Origin: an uncultured Acidobacteriota bacterium
Lineage (GTDB): Bacteria > Acidobacteriota > Thermoanaerobaculia > Multivoradales > UBA5704
Assembly (NCBI GenBank): GCA_963700145.1
Contig: OY969474.1
Location: forward strand, 96,001 to 160,000
Direction: 5' to 3'
Length of the DNA stretch: 64,000 nucleotides
Position numbers and translations under genes: made by a program
Shown: positions 1 to 11,769 of the stretch, piece by piece
Layout of the letters: every line of letters begins with the position of its first letter
How positions within the stretch are numbered: position 1 is the first letter of the stretch
The notes under the pieces: generated by a model
What the model saw: only the letters and a program-made list of their open reading frames with translations
Database searches by the model: none
What the model was told of the DNA's origin: nothing

Positions 1-788
1 GCGGCCCGACCTCGGACCACCTCGACCTCTACTACGCCGCCAACGCCAACAGCCCGAGCTGGACGTTCCTCACCACCATCAACCCGACGGTGGGCGGCGC
101 CCAGACCTTCAGCGCCAACTACACGCTGCCCTCGGGGGCGCTCCAGGCAGTCCGCGCGCGCTTCCGCTACCAGGGGGCCGCGTCCTCCTGCGCCACCGGC
201 GCCTACATCGACCACGACGACCTGGTCTTCGCGGTCAGCAGCCCGCCGGTGACGACGGTGTTCTTCGACGACTTCGAGACCAGCCTGGGGTGGACGACGA
301 ACCCCAGCGGCACCGACACGGCGACGACCGGACAGTGGGCGCGCGCCGACCCGGCGCAGACCGACTCGAGCGGTCCGAAGCAGCTCGGCACGACGGTGTC
401 GGGGCTCAACGACCTGGTGACCGGCCCGCTGGCCGGCGCCGCGGCCGGCGACCACGACATCGACAACGGCACGACCTCGATCCGGTCGCCCGCCATCACC
501 CTGCCGTCCACCGGTACGCTGACGCTGTCGTTCAGCTACTACCTGGCGCACGGCACCAACTCCTCGACCGCCGACTTCCTGCGCGTCTCGGTCGTCGGCG
601 CGACGACGAGCCAGGTGTTGCAGGAGCTGGGAGCGGCCGACGACGACGATGCGGTGTGGGCGACGCACTCGGTGAACATCAGCTCGTTCGCCGGGCAGAG
701 CGTCCGCATCCTCATCGAGGCGGCCGACGCCTCGACCGCGAGCCTCGTCGAGGCCGCGGTGGACGACGTGAGGATCACGCAGCAGTAG
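1..788 (+). CDS. C-terminal part of a secreted multidomain protein, probably a peptidase, ending in a MAM-like/jelly-roll domain; 5' truncated by the window edge
   Basis: Frame is open from position 3 to TAG at 788. It contains FFDDFE..GW and AAVDDVRI motifs typical of C-terminal accessory domains of secreted proteases. Confidence 0.65.
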   Translation, partial: GPTSDHLDLYYAANANSPSWTFLTTINPTVGGAQTFSANYTLPSGALQAVRARFRYQGAASSCATGAYIDHDDLVFAVSSPPVTTVFFDDFETSLGWTTNPSGTDTATTGQWARADPAQTDSSGPKQLGTTVSGLNDLVTGPLAGAAAGDHDIDNGTTSIRSPAITLPSTGTLTLSFSYYLAHGTNSSTADFLRVSVVGATTSQVLQELGAADDDDAVWATHSVNISSFAGQSVRILIEAADASTASLVEAAVDDVRITQQ

Positions 789-818
789 GGGAGTCAGTCC
801 GCAGTCGACGAGCAGGAC

Positions 819-853
819 CCGCGGGGGCGCGCGAGCGCCCCCGCGGCGTCTTT
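819..853 (+). terminator. Hairpin terminator
   Basis: 12-bp stem CCGCGGGGGCGC/GCGCCCCCGCGG with a GCGA (GNRA) loop, followed by cgtcttt, 30 bp after the stop codon. Confidence 0.7.
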
Positions 854-898
854 GCGCTAGGATCGAATCACCGAACAACTCGAGCAGCCGGAGGCCCG

Positions 899-3256
899 AT
901 GGCAAACCCGTCGCGCAGCGCAGGCCGTTCCCTCGTCTTCGCGTCGCTCCTGGCGGCTCTCTGGAGCGCGGCGCCTCCCACGCTCGCCGCCGAGGACGGC
1001 CGCTGGGTCCATCGCGGGCCCTACGGCGTCGGCGTCCGCACCCTGGCCCTGGAAGTGACCGCGGACCCGCAGGGGCGCGAGACGGTGTGGGCCGGCTCGG
1101 CCAGCGGCGGGCTGTGGGTGCGGCGGCCCGGCGCGACGTGGAGCCGCGTCGACACCGGGCCGCACCGCGTCCTCGGCGTCGGCGCGATCGCGGCCCATCC
1201 GCGCCGGCCCGAGATCCTCTACGCCGGCACCGGCGAGGTCTACAAGTACCGCCAGGCGCTCGGCGGCTGGGACAACCACACCACCCGCGGCTCCTACGGC
1301 GTCGGCATCCTGGCGAGCCGCGACGGCGGCGCCACCTGGGAGGCGAGCCTCCCCTGGCAGCCCGCCGACCGCACCGGCGTGCAGGACTTGGCGATCGTGC
1401 CCGAGAGCGAGACCGCCTACACCGTCTGGGCGGCGACGACCGAAGGGGTGTACCGGCTGCGCGCGACGACCGGCGCCGCGCCCGCCGCCGGCGACTGGGA
1501 AAAAGTGCTCGACGTAGTCATGGCGACGAGCCTGTCGCCCAACCCCGCCGACCCGCGCGAGCTGCTCGCGGCCGGCGGCAGCTTCCAGAGCCCCGGGCAC
1601 GGCCTCTACCGCACCACGGACGGCGGCGAGACCTGGCAGAAGCTCGCCGGCGGCCTGCCCGCGACCTTCGCCGGCAAGGCCATGCTCGGCCGCTCGCCGA
1701 GCCAGCCCGCCGTCGTCTACGCCTCGATCGGCAACCAGATCGAGTTCGTCTACTCGAACGAGACCTTCGTCTGCCAGTACTCCGGCGCCGGCACGCCCGA
1801 CCCCGTGAACTGGCTGCTGCGCTCGGCCGACGGCGGCCTCACCTGGACGACGCAGACGACCAAGAGCTACGCCGGCTCGCAAGGGTGGTACTCGCACGCC
1901 GTCGCCGTCTCGCCGCGCGACCCGGCGCGGCTCTACCTCGCCGGCACCGGCCTGCAGCGCTCCTTCGACGGCGGCAAGAGCTTCGGCGGCTCGGGAACGG
2001 GGGTGTGGACGATCGTCAACGACGCCACCGGCCTCTACTTCATGGCCGACACCCACGAGGTCGTCGTCGTGCCGCGGGCCGCCGGCGAGCCCGACACCCT
2101 CTACTTCGCGAGCGACCAGGGGGTCTACCACTCGCGCGACGGCGGCCTCTCGATCCAGGCGATGAACGAGGGGTACGACACCGTGCAGCTCTACCGCGCG
2201 GCGACCGCCGGCGCCGCCGACCTCGTCGCCGCCACCGCCCAGGACCTCGGGCCCGGCTTCTTCCTCTACCGCGGCGCGCCGGGCGGCGCCGCGGGGACGT
2301 GGCAGTGGGTGGCCGGCTACGGGCACGAGGCGGGGGCGATCGCCTACGACCCGCGGGACGACCTCTTCTACGTCGGGCAGCACTTCAACTCCCGCGTCGG
2401 CCGCTACCGCCTCGGCGTGCCGGCGGCGGAGCAGTACGACGCGCCCGACAACGACAACGGCGGGCCGCTGTTCATCCCCGACGTCAACCCGTTCCGGGGG
2501 AGCGACAAGAGCTGTCTTCACTCGACCGCCTGGTTCGCGCCCCTGGCGATCGCCCCGGCCGGCGACGTGCTCTACGCCGGGCGCGACGTCCTTTACCGCT
2601 CGACGCGGTCGCCGTTCGAGGACCAGGACCCGTCGCACGCCGCGAAGAAGGGAGCGGCGCGGACCCTCGCCCTCGCCTGGCAGCCGACCGGGTTCGGCAA
2701 GGACAAGAACCCGATCGCCGCCATCGCCGTGGACCCGGCGGCGAGCGAGCGGGTGCTGATCGCGACCGACCCGCGCTACGAGCCGCTGCACGTCTACGCC
2801 AGCCCGGACGGCGGCTTCACCTGGCACGACCTCACGGGGGCGCTCCCCACCGGCCGGCCGCTGCGCGCTTTGGTGCTCGACGCCGCGCGCGGCAAGCTCT
2901 ACGCCGTCCTCGGCGACTTCGGCCCCGGCCACGTCTGGGCGGCGGACTTCGCCGCCGGCGCCTGGACGGGCAACGGCGGCAAGGGTCTCGAATGGAAGGC
3001 GATCGACGGCGGCGGCGCGGGCGCGCTGCCGGACGTCGACCACGGCGACCTCGCCGTCGACCCGGAGACCGGCGACCTCTACGCGGCCAACGACTGGGGG
3101 GTCTACCGCTCGCGCGACGGCGGCGCGAGCTGGCAGGCGTGGAGCGACGGGCTCTACCCGGCGGTGCGCAGCATGCAGCTCCTCGTCGCCCCCGAGCGCC
3201 GCCTGCGCCTCGTCACCCACGGCAACGGCCTCTGGGAGCGCCCGCTGCCGCGCTGA
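899..3256 (+). CDS. Secreted BNR/Asp-box repeat (VPS10/sortilin-like beta-propeller) protein
   Basis: ATG 899 follows GGAGG. Signal peptide, repeated S/TxDGGxTW boxes, and a C-terminal THGNGLW motif. Confidence 0.8.
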   Translation: MANPSRSAGRSLVFASLLAALWSAAPPTLAAEDGRWVHRGPYGVGVRTLALEVTADPQGRETVWAGSASGGLWVRRPGATWSRVDTGPHRVLGVGAIAAHPRRPEILYAGTGEVYKYRQALGGWDNHTTRGSYGVGILASRDGGATWEASLPWQPADRTGVQDLAIVPESETAYTVWAATTEGVYRLRATTGAAPAAGDWEKVLDVVMATSLSPNPADPRELLAAGGSFQSPGHGLYRTTDGGETWQKLAGGLPATFAGKAMLGRSPSQPAVVYASIGNQIEFVYSNETFVCQYSGAGTPDPVNWLLRSADGGLTWTTQTTKSYAGSQGWYSHAVAVSPRDPARLYLAGTGLQRSFDGGKSFGGSGTGVWTIVNDATGLYFMADTHEVVVVPRAAGEPDTLYFASDQGVYHSRDGGLSIQAMNEGYDTVQLYRAATAGAADLVAATAQDLGPGFFLYRGAPGGAAGTWQWVAGYGHEAGAIAYDPRDDLFYVGQHFNSRVGRYRLGVPAAEQYDAPDNDNGGPLFIPDVNPFRGSDKSCLHSTAWFAPLAIAPAGDVLYAGRDVLYRSTRSPFEDQDPSHAAKKGAARTLALAWQPTGFGKDKNPIAAIAVDPAASERVLIATDPRYEPLHVYASPDGGFTWHDLTGALPTGRPLRALVLDAARGKLYAVLGDFGPGHVWAADFAAGAWTGNGGKGLEWKAIDGGGAGALPDVDHGDLAVDPETGDLYAANDWGVYRSRDGGASWQAWSDGLYPAVRSMQLLVAPERRLRLVTHGNGLWERPLPR

Positions 3257-3272
3257 GGGCCCCGACGGGCGC

Positions 3273-3566
3273 TCAGGCGATGTCGCCGGCGGCGGGGGGA
3301 GTCTCGGGATACGGCTCGATGGGTTCGCCGAGGAAGCCCATCGCGGCGATGAACAGGTGGGGCGAGGCCAGGGGCACCGAGCGGCAGAGGTGCAGGATGC
3401 GGCGCCGCAGCTCCCTCGCGTCCTCGCCGGGGCCCGAGGCCAGGCGATAGAGCTCGCGCCACGCCGCGAGCTCGCCGCGGTCGAGGATCTGCGCCAGCAC
3501 CTCGTCGCTCGCGAGCTCCAACCGGGCGCGATTCCACAGCGCTCCGGAGGTGGCCAGCGCGCTCAC
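3273..3566 (-). CDS. Small helical protein, candidate antitoxin/partner of the upstream nucleotidyltransferase
   Basis: 97 aa. Its GTG start overlaps the upstream TGA (GTGA). The ILDRG..AWRELY segment resembles small partners of AbiEii-type toxins. Confidence 0.6.
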   Translation of the reverse strand: MSALATSGALWNRARLELASDEVLAQILDRGELAAWRELYRLASGPGEDARELRRRILHLCRSVPLASPHLFIAAMGFLGEPIEPYPETPPAAGDIA

Positions 3567-4255
3567 GTCTCCGCCTCCTCGCCGCCCAAGAGCAGGCCGG
3601 CGAGCACCTGCGCCCAGGCTCGCCCGCGGCCTACCACGTACTGCCAGCCGCTCCAGGGCGAGCTCAGCCCCCGATAGCTGGTGAGATCGATCTGCGCGGC
3701 ATCGAGCGGCTGTGCGGCGCCCAGCCGCTCGATCACCTCCGCCAGCACCGAGGCGCCGTTCGGTTGGGGGTAGGTTTCATCGAGCGATTGCAAGGCGCGC
3801 CGCGCTCCCTCCTCGCCCAATCGCTCGAGGAGGACGACGGCGTCGAGATAGTCGCGCGTCGTGTAGCGTACCGCGAGCAGCCAGGCCTTGATCCGCGCCA
3901 TCTCCGCGAGCGTGGGGACGCGAAGCCCGGCCACCTCTTCAGTCTCGAGAGGCCGCACGCGCCGCAGCTGACGAATGCCGGTCAGGATGCCGTCCAGGCG
4001 ACCCAGGATCAAGACCGGCCGGCGGACACGCGAGGTCACCCACCCCGCGGCCGACTCCAAGTCCGCCAGCACCTCATCGAACCGCTCAGCCAAGTTGGCC
4101 AGCACGTGATCTCCATCGAGGCTCAGGCGGTGCCCGGCGTGAATCGCAGCGGCAGTGCCCCCGACCAATACGGTGCCGGGAACGAGCGCCTGGAGGTGGC
4201 GCTCCGCCGCCAGCAAGCGCTCCCACTCGGGCAGCGATTCTTCGGACATGCGCAT
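3563..4255 (-). CDS. AbiEii/DUF1814-like nucleotidyltransferase, putative toxin
   Basis: LVGGTA...HRLSLDGD N-terminal motif and K...RYTTRDYLD C-terminal motif of the DNA pol-beta-like NTase superfamily. Confidence 0.7.
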   Translation of the reverse strand: MRMSEESLPEWERLLAAERHLQALVPGTVLVGGTAAAIHAGHRLSLDGDHVLANLAERFDEVLADLESAAGWVTSRVRRPVLILGRLDGILTGIRQLRRVRPLETEEVAGLRVPTLAEMARIKAWLLAVRYTTRDYLDAVVLLERLGEEGARRALQSLDETYPQPNGASVLAEVIERLGAAQPLDAAQIDLTSYRGLSSPWSGWQYVVGRGRAWAQVLAGLLLGGEEAET

Positions 4256-4317
4256 CAGGATAACGCGAGCGCTCCGTGAGCGCCTGACGAGAACGGCGGT
4301 ATTCTCGCCTGGAAACC

Positions 4318-4806
4318 ATGCACATCCAGGTCTGCCCCAAATGCGGCTCGGAGTTCCAGCCGCACGTCACGGAGTGCATCGACTGCGGCAGCGCGACGGA
4401 GACGCGGTTGGAGTCGCCGCCTGCCGGCCTGGAGGCGGCCCCCGAGGAGCGCGACGACCTCTCGGTCCCGAGCGAAGGCGAGGCGTGCAGCGTCCGCGTC
4501 GGCGATTACCCTGCCGCGCTGGACTTGGCCGCCTGGCTCGAGGAGCATGGGGTGCCCTGCCGCGTGCGCCGGCACTCGACGGAACGGCGTTCCTACGCCG
4601 TCTGGGTAGCGCCGGAGGACCTCGAGCGAGCGCTCGAGCTGGACCGCGAGAATTTCGCCTCCCAGGTGCCCGACGCGCCGGACATGCCGATCGAGCTGCC
4701 CGCGGACCGCTGCCCCGCCTGCGGCGCGCGGATCGCGCCGACCGCGCCGGAGTGCCCGGACTGCGGACTGGTCGTCGACTACGCGCCGGAGGAGCCGGCC
4801 CCCTAA
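4318..4806 (+). CDS. Zinc-ribbon protein with a central DUF2007/PII-like domain
   Basis: CPKC/CIDC at the N-terminus and CPAC/CPDC at the C-terminus; central LEEHGVPC..YAVWV..EDLERA segment. Confidence 0.7.
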   Translation: MHIQVCPKCGSEFQPHVTECIDCGSATETRLESPPAGLEAAPEERDDLSVPSEGEACSVRVGDYPAALDLAAWLEEHGVPCRVRRHSTERRSYAVWVAPEDLERALELDRENFASQVPDAPDMPIELPADRCPACGARIAPTAPECPDCGLVVDYAPEEPAP

Positions 4807-4812
4807 AGAACG

Positions 4813-7272
<2,460 letters not shown>

Positions 7273-7324
7273 GGCACGGTCCTCCCGGGTCCTCCAGATC
7301 GTACGCCGGGAGGGGCGCCGAGTT

Positions 7325-10300
7325 TCAGGCGGCGCGGACCTCGAGCGCGGTGCGCACGGCGCGGCCGAGGTCCTTGGTCGAGAAGGGCTTCTGTAGAAAG
7401 GCGGCCTCATGGTCGCCGAGCGAGAGCTCGTCCTGGCGGCCGGACACGAAGAGCACCGGCGTCTCGGGGCGCAGGGCGAGCAGGCGGCTGGCGAGCTCCG
7501 GGCCGCCCATGCCCGGCATGTTGACGTCGGTCACCAGCAGGTCGAGGGGCCCGTCGTGACGCTCGGCCAGCGCCAGCGCCTCGCGGCCGGAGGCCGCTTC
7601 CAGCACCCGGTAGCCGAGGCCGCGCAGCAGCCTCACCGTCACGCCGCGCACGGCGTGCTCGTCCTCGACCACCAGCACGGTCTCGTTGCCGCCCGGGGCG
7701 GCGGTCTCCTCGGCGCCGCCGGCGGCCGCTTCCAGCTCCGCCACCGGCAGGTAGATGCTGAAGCGCGCGCCTTCCCCCGGCGCGCTGTCGACGAAGATGC
7801 GGCCGCCGCTCTGGCTGACGAAGCCGTAGGCGGTGGCGAGCCCGAGGCCGGTCCCCCCGCCCTCCTGGCGGGTGCTGAAGAAGGGCTCGAAGACCCGCGC
7901 CCGGGTCTCGGCGTCCATGCCGATCCCGGTATCGGCGACGGTGACCAGCACCCAGCGTCCCGCCGGCACCTCGGCGTGCGGCGCCGGCCGGCCGGGATGG
8001 ACGTCGATGGCCGCCGTGCGCACCGTCAAGCGCCCGCCCTGCGGCATGGCGTGGCGGGCGTTGACCGCCAGGTTGACCAGCACGTGCTCCATCCGGCCGG
8101 GGTCGATGAGCACCAGCCCGAGCTCCGGATCGAGCTCCGTCACCAGCTCGACGTCGCCGCCGATCAGGCGGCGGAGCATCTTCTCGACCCCCGTGACCAC
8201 CTGGTTGAAGTCCACCACCTCCGGCTCCATCGCCTGCCGCCGCGCGAAGGCGAGGAGCTCGCGGGTCAGCGCCGAGGCGCGCAGGCCGGCTTCCTGAATG
8301 GCGGTCAGGCTGCTGGTGAGAGGCGCGTCGTCTTCGCGCTCCATCAGCAGCAGGTCGGCGTAGCCCAGGATGACCACCAGACAGTTGTTGAAGTCGTGGG
8401 CGACCCCGGCCGAGAGGCGGCCGATGGCCTCCATCTTCTCGGCGTGGAGGAGCTGCTGCTCGAGCCGCTTCTTGTCCGCCTCGTCGCGCTTGCGGCGCGC
8501 GATGTCGCGCACCGCGACGACCGTCGCGTCTTCGCCCTGGAAGTGGAAGCTCGCGGCCTCGACCTCGAGGTCGACGAGCCCGCCGTCGCGGCGGACGCCG
8601 CTGGTCTCGCGGGCGCCGGCGCCGGGCTCCACCGCCGCGTCGGGGAGGAGCTCGGCCAGCCGCCGGCCGATCAGCTCCGCGGCCTCGTAGCCGAGGATCG
8701 AGGGCAGCGCCTGGTTGACCTCCAGGACGACGCCGCCGCGGACGATCGCGATGCCCTCGACGGTGGCGGCGAACAGAGTGCGGAAGCGCTTCTCGCTGCG
8801 CCGGATCTCCTCCTCGGCCGCCTTGCGCTGCTCGATCTCCTGCTGCGAGCGCTCGAAGAGGCGGATGTTGTCGGCCACCGGCGCGAGCTGGTTGGCGACC
8901 GTGGCGAGCAGGTGGACGTCGCTCGCCGGGAAGTAGTCGTCCGGATCGCGGCGGCCGATGAGCCAGACGCCGATCGTCTCGCCCTGGAGCGCCAGCGGCA
9001 CGACCAGCCGCACCCAGGCGAAGCGCCCGGGCAGCGGGCCCGGCAGGAGCGGCAGGCGGGTGCCGCTGTCGGGCAGGAGCGCGTGCAGCTCGGCGGCGGC
9101 GGGCGCCGCGGCGTCGGGCGGCAAGTCGTGCTCGAAGAGCGGCTCGGCGCGCTCCTCAGCAAACAGATAGAGCGCGGAGCAGCGGATCAGCAGCGCCGGG
9201 AGGACCTGGTCGACCACGACCCGCGCCAGGGTCTCGCGGTCGAAGGCGCTCGAGACGCGCGCCGAGACCAGCTCCACCACCTGCTCGGGCAGGTGCCTGA
9301 TGCCGAAAACGTGGCGGTCCACGAACGCCTGGAAGCGGCCGCGCAGGGCGGGCGCCGCGGTCACCATGACGAGCGCGACGATGAGCGCCGCGCCGTAGAG
9401 CCCGCCCTGGTTGCGCGGCTGGCCGAGCTGCAGCAGGACGAGCAGATAAAGCGGCGCCCAGAGGGCGAAGAAGCCGAAGACGCCGAGCAGCCGGTTGGGG
9501 CGGAACTCGAGCGCGGCGAAGGAGTGCTTGTAGATCGAGTAGAGATAGGACAGCGGCAGCAGGGGAACGGCGAGCAGCGAGATCAGGCCCAGCTCGAGCA
9601 GCCCGCCCTCGAGCTCGCCGCGGCGCGACATCAGCGGCAGCGCGAAGAACACCAGGAAGACCGGCGTGAAGCCGACCGCGACGCCGAAGGCCATGATGCG
9701 GTTGGCGATCTTGACCGCCGGCGACGCCGGCAGCACCAGGCGCACGGCGAGCAGGGCCAGCGCCAGCGCCACCCCCAGGGCGAAGGAGCCGACGTAGAGG
9801 AACTGGATGGCGTCCAGCCGGCGCGCGGCGTCGAGCGCCAGCAGGACGATCGAGCCGCCGTAGAGCAGGCCGAGCAGGGGCGCGCGCCCGCGGCCGAGCA
9901 GCGGCGACGGCAGCAGGAGATGGAGGTGGACGGCCAGCGGCAGGAACAGCCAGACCACGACGTGGAAGACCACCGCCGCCCCGCCGGCGTGGCGGGCCGA
10001 GGCCATCCCCGAAGCGAGCAGGACGGCCGTCAGGTAGCTGAACAGGACGAGCACCAGCCAGCGCTCGTCGTGCGGGCGGAGGAAGATGACCAGCGCCGTC
10101 CCCATCAGCCAGAACACCAGCGGCAGCAGGGTGAGCAGGATGGCGTGCGCCAGGGGGCGTCCGATGTTGCGGCGCACCCCCACCTCCACCGTCCGCACCT
10201 CGCCGGCCCGCAGCAGCCGCACCTCGGCCCTGCCATCGCCGGCGAAGGCCGCGAACGGCTCGGCCATGCGGTCCTGGCGATAGCGCTCGAAGGTCAGTCC

Positions 10301-10519
10301 GCCGATCGACAGCACGCGGTCGCCGACCCGCGGGCAGTCCGCGCCGCGCGGGCAGGGCTCGGCCTGGACGACTTCCCATGTCATGGAGAACGGCGTGAAG
10401 CCGATGTCGGGGAGGAGCGCCGCTTGCGGGTAGTAGACGCAAGACACCAGCGCGAGGAGCGACACGGCGATCCAGACGAGGTCGCCGGCGTGGGGCGCGA
10501 TGGCGCGGCGGCGGTACAT
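7325..10519 (-). CDS. Hybrid sensor histidine kinase/response regulator with a ComP-like input region (TM-PDZ-multi-TM-GAF-PAS-HisKA-HATPase-REC)
   Basis: PDZ-like VGDRVLSIGG after TM1, several TM helices, H-box AHDFNN, NLAVNA/DTGIG/GTGLGL boxes, and receiver VLVVED..LLVTDVNMP..QKPF. ATG 10519 lies 5 bp after the upstream stop. Confidence 0.9.
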   Translation of the reverse strand: MYRRRAIAPHAGDLVWIAVSLLALVSCVYYPQAALLPDIGFTPFSMTWEVVQAEPCPRGADCPRVGDRVLSIGGLTFERYRQDRMAEPFAAFAGDGRAEVRLLRAGEVRTVEVGVRRNIGRPLAHAILLTLLPLVFWLMGTALVIFLRPHDERWLVLVLFSYLTAVLLASGMASARHAGGAAVVFHVVVWLFLPLAVHLHLLLPSPLLGRGRAPLLGLLYGGSIVLLALDAARRLDAIQFLYVGSFALGVALALALLAVRLVLPASPAVKIANRIMAFGVAVGFTPVFLVFFALPLMSRRGELEGGLLELGLISLLAVPLLPLSYLYSIYKHSFAALEFRPNRLLGVFGFFALWAPLYLLVLLQLGQPRNQGGLYGAALIVALVMVTAAPALRGRFQAFVDRHVFGIRHLPEQVVELVSARVSSAFDRETLARVVVDQVLPALLIRCSALYLFAEERAEPLFEHDLPPDAAAPAAAELHALLPDSGTRLPLLPGPLPGRFAWVRLVVPLALQGETIGVWLIGRRDPDDYFPASDVHLLATVANQLAPVADNIRLFERSQQEIEQRKAAEEEIRRSEKRFRTLFAATVEGIAIVRGGVVLEVNQALPSILGYEAAELIGRRLAELLPDAAVEPGAGARETSGVRRDGGLVDLEVEAASFHFQGEDATVVAVRDIARRKRDEADKKRLEQQLLHAEKMEAIGRLSAGVAHDFNNCLVVILGYADLLLMEREDDAPLTSSLTAIQEAGLRASALTRELLAFARRQAMEPEVVDFNQVVTGVEKMLRRLIGGDVELVTELDPELGLVLIDPGRMEHVLVNLAVNARHAMPQGGRLTVRTAAIDVHPGRPAPHAEVPAGRWVLVTVADTGIGMDAETRARVFEPFFSTRQEGGGTGLGLATAYGFVSQSGGRIFVDSAPGEGARFSIYLPVAELEAAAGGAEETAAPGGNETVLVVEDEHAVRGVTVRLLRGLGYRVLEAASGREALALAERHDGPLDLLVTDVNMPGMGGPELASRLLALRPETPVLFVSGRQDELSLGDHEAAFLQKPFSTKDLGRAVRTALEVRAA

Positions 10520-10524
10520 CTCCC

Positions 10525-11478
10525 TCAGCCGGCCGCGCCGCTGAGCACGTCGCCGGCGCCGACCGTCGCGAGCAGGCGCGAGAGCGGCTCGCATTGGCGG
10601 GAGAGGAGCCGCTCGAGGGGGCGCGGATCGCGGATGGGCGCCGCGGCGAGCAACCCCTGCGCTTCCTGCGCGAACGCGGTCAAGCGGTAGAGGCAGTAGG
10701 CGACGGCGCCGCAGCGGGCCAGGATCTGCTGCGCCTCGGCGAGCGCCGCCGGCTCGCCGGCCCGCGCCGCCAGGGCGAGGAAGGCCGCCCGCTCCGGATG
10801 CTCGGCGGTCATGGCGTAGAGGATCGCGAGGTTGCCGCGGCCGCGTCTCCAGTCGGCGCTCGCCGGCGTCTCCAGCGCATCATTGAGGTCGTCGCTCACC
10901 TGGACGAAGTGCGCCATGGCAGCGCCCAGGCGCCCCAGGGCTGCGACCGTCGCGGGCGGCGCGCCGCCCAGAAGGGCGCCGATCTCGAGCGCGGCGGCGA
11001 AGAGCGGCGGCGTCTTGGCGTCGACGACCCGCCAGTACGTCGCTTCGTCCGCCGGCTCGCGGGCGTCCAGCTCCTGCCCGCGCGCCGTCGCCAGCGCCAT
11101 GCGCGCCAGGCACGCCTGCAGGCCGGCGCGGGTAGCGCCGCCGGCCGCGGCTTCGTCGAGGAGCAGATGCGCCGCGGCCTGGAAGGCCAGGGCGAGGTTC
11201 GCGGCGCGCCCGGTCCCGAGGCGCCGGTACTCGCCATGCGGATCGTCGTCCAGCAGATCGTCCACCAAGTGGATGCCGGTGAGGGCGCAGAAGACGGCGG
11301 CGGCCCCGGGGAGTGCCGCCTCGGCCTCGCCGCCCACCGCCAGGCACGCGGCCGGCGGGTAGTCCCAGACCGAGCCGCTCTCCTGGTGCACGGCGCGCTC
11401 GGCGTAGGCCAGCGCCTCCGGCCAGCCGGCGATCTCGGGCAGACCGCGCAGGCGGTCGAGGATCTCTGCAATTGCCAT
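10525..11478 (-). CDS. Polyprenyl synthetase-fold (ComQ-like) isoprenyl transferase
   Basis: First Asp-rich motif HLVDDLLDDD, AKT motif, second motif QVSDDLND, then ADWRRGRGNLAILY. It lacks the GKxxR and DDxxD..RRG signatures of chain-elongating synthases. An alternative in-frame ATG lies near 11574. Confidence 0.8.
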   Translation of the reverse strand: MAIAEILDRLRGLPEIAGWPEALAYAERAVHQESGSVWDYPPAACLAVGGEAEAALPGAAAVFCALTGIHLVDDLLDDDPHGEYRRLGTGRAANLALAFQAAAHLLLDEAAAGGATRAGLQACLARMALATARGQELDAREPADEATYWRVVDAKTPPLFAAALEIGALLGGAPPATVAALGRLGAAMAHFVQVSDDLNDALETPASADWRRGRGNLAILYAMTAEHPERAAFLALAARAGEPAALAEAQQILARCGAVAYCLYRLTAFAQEAQGLLAAAPIRDPRPLERLLSRQCEPLSRLLATVGAGDVLSGAAG

Positions 11479-11551
11479 CGGATGGCGATCCGCGTGAGTC
11501 CGTGCCCCGATCAGGCCGGCCGGCAGGAGGCAATGCGCGTCCTTACGGCGG

Positions 11552-11728
11552 TCAGAGCGATGACCCCTCCTCATGCGTCTCGTGGTTGGTGGTGGGCCAC
11601 ACGCCCCATTCCCCGGGCGCGATGACGCTGAGGTCGTCGATCGGGGGCAGCGCGCGCAAGGCCGCGACAAACGCCTCCGGCTCGGGTGAGGTGAAGCGGT
11701 CATGGAAGCTGTCGATCGTGAGGTGCAT
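11552..11728 (-). CDS. 58-aa Trp-containing peptide, candidate ComX-like precursor (MHLTIDSFHDRFTSPEPEAFVAALRALPPIDDLSVIAPGEWGVWPTTNHETHEEGSSL)
   Basis: Perfect AGGAGG (11743-11738) 9 nt before ATG 11728; first gene upstream of the prenyltransferase and kinase; contains GEWGVWP. Confidence 0.7.
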   Translation of the reverse strand: MHLTIDSFHDRFTSPEPEAFVAALRALPPIDDLSVIAPGEWGVWPTTNHETHEEGSSL

Positions 11729-11743
11729 GGGCAGGGCCCTCCT

Positions 11744-11769
11744 AAAAAAGAGGGGGAGGATTCCCCCTC
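11744..11769 (-). terminator. Intrinsic terminator in the 5' leader of the peptide gene
   Basis: Minus strand reads GAGGGGGA-ATCC-TCCCCCTC then TTTTTT, directly abutting the RBS. Confidence 0.75.

Noticed and set aside
290-898. N-terminal extensions in the ORF track (e.g. 290, 7410, 10594, 11703, 27018, 33755, 58928 starts)
   Set aside because: They overlap neighbouring genes; downstream starts with an RBS, signal peptide or family-typical N-terminus fit better.
10525-11478. Housekeeping FPP/GGPP synthase call
   Set aside because: The IPP-binding GKxxR and post-FARM RRG motifs are missing, and the context is a peptide plus kinase rather than isoprenoid genes.
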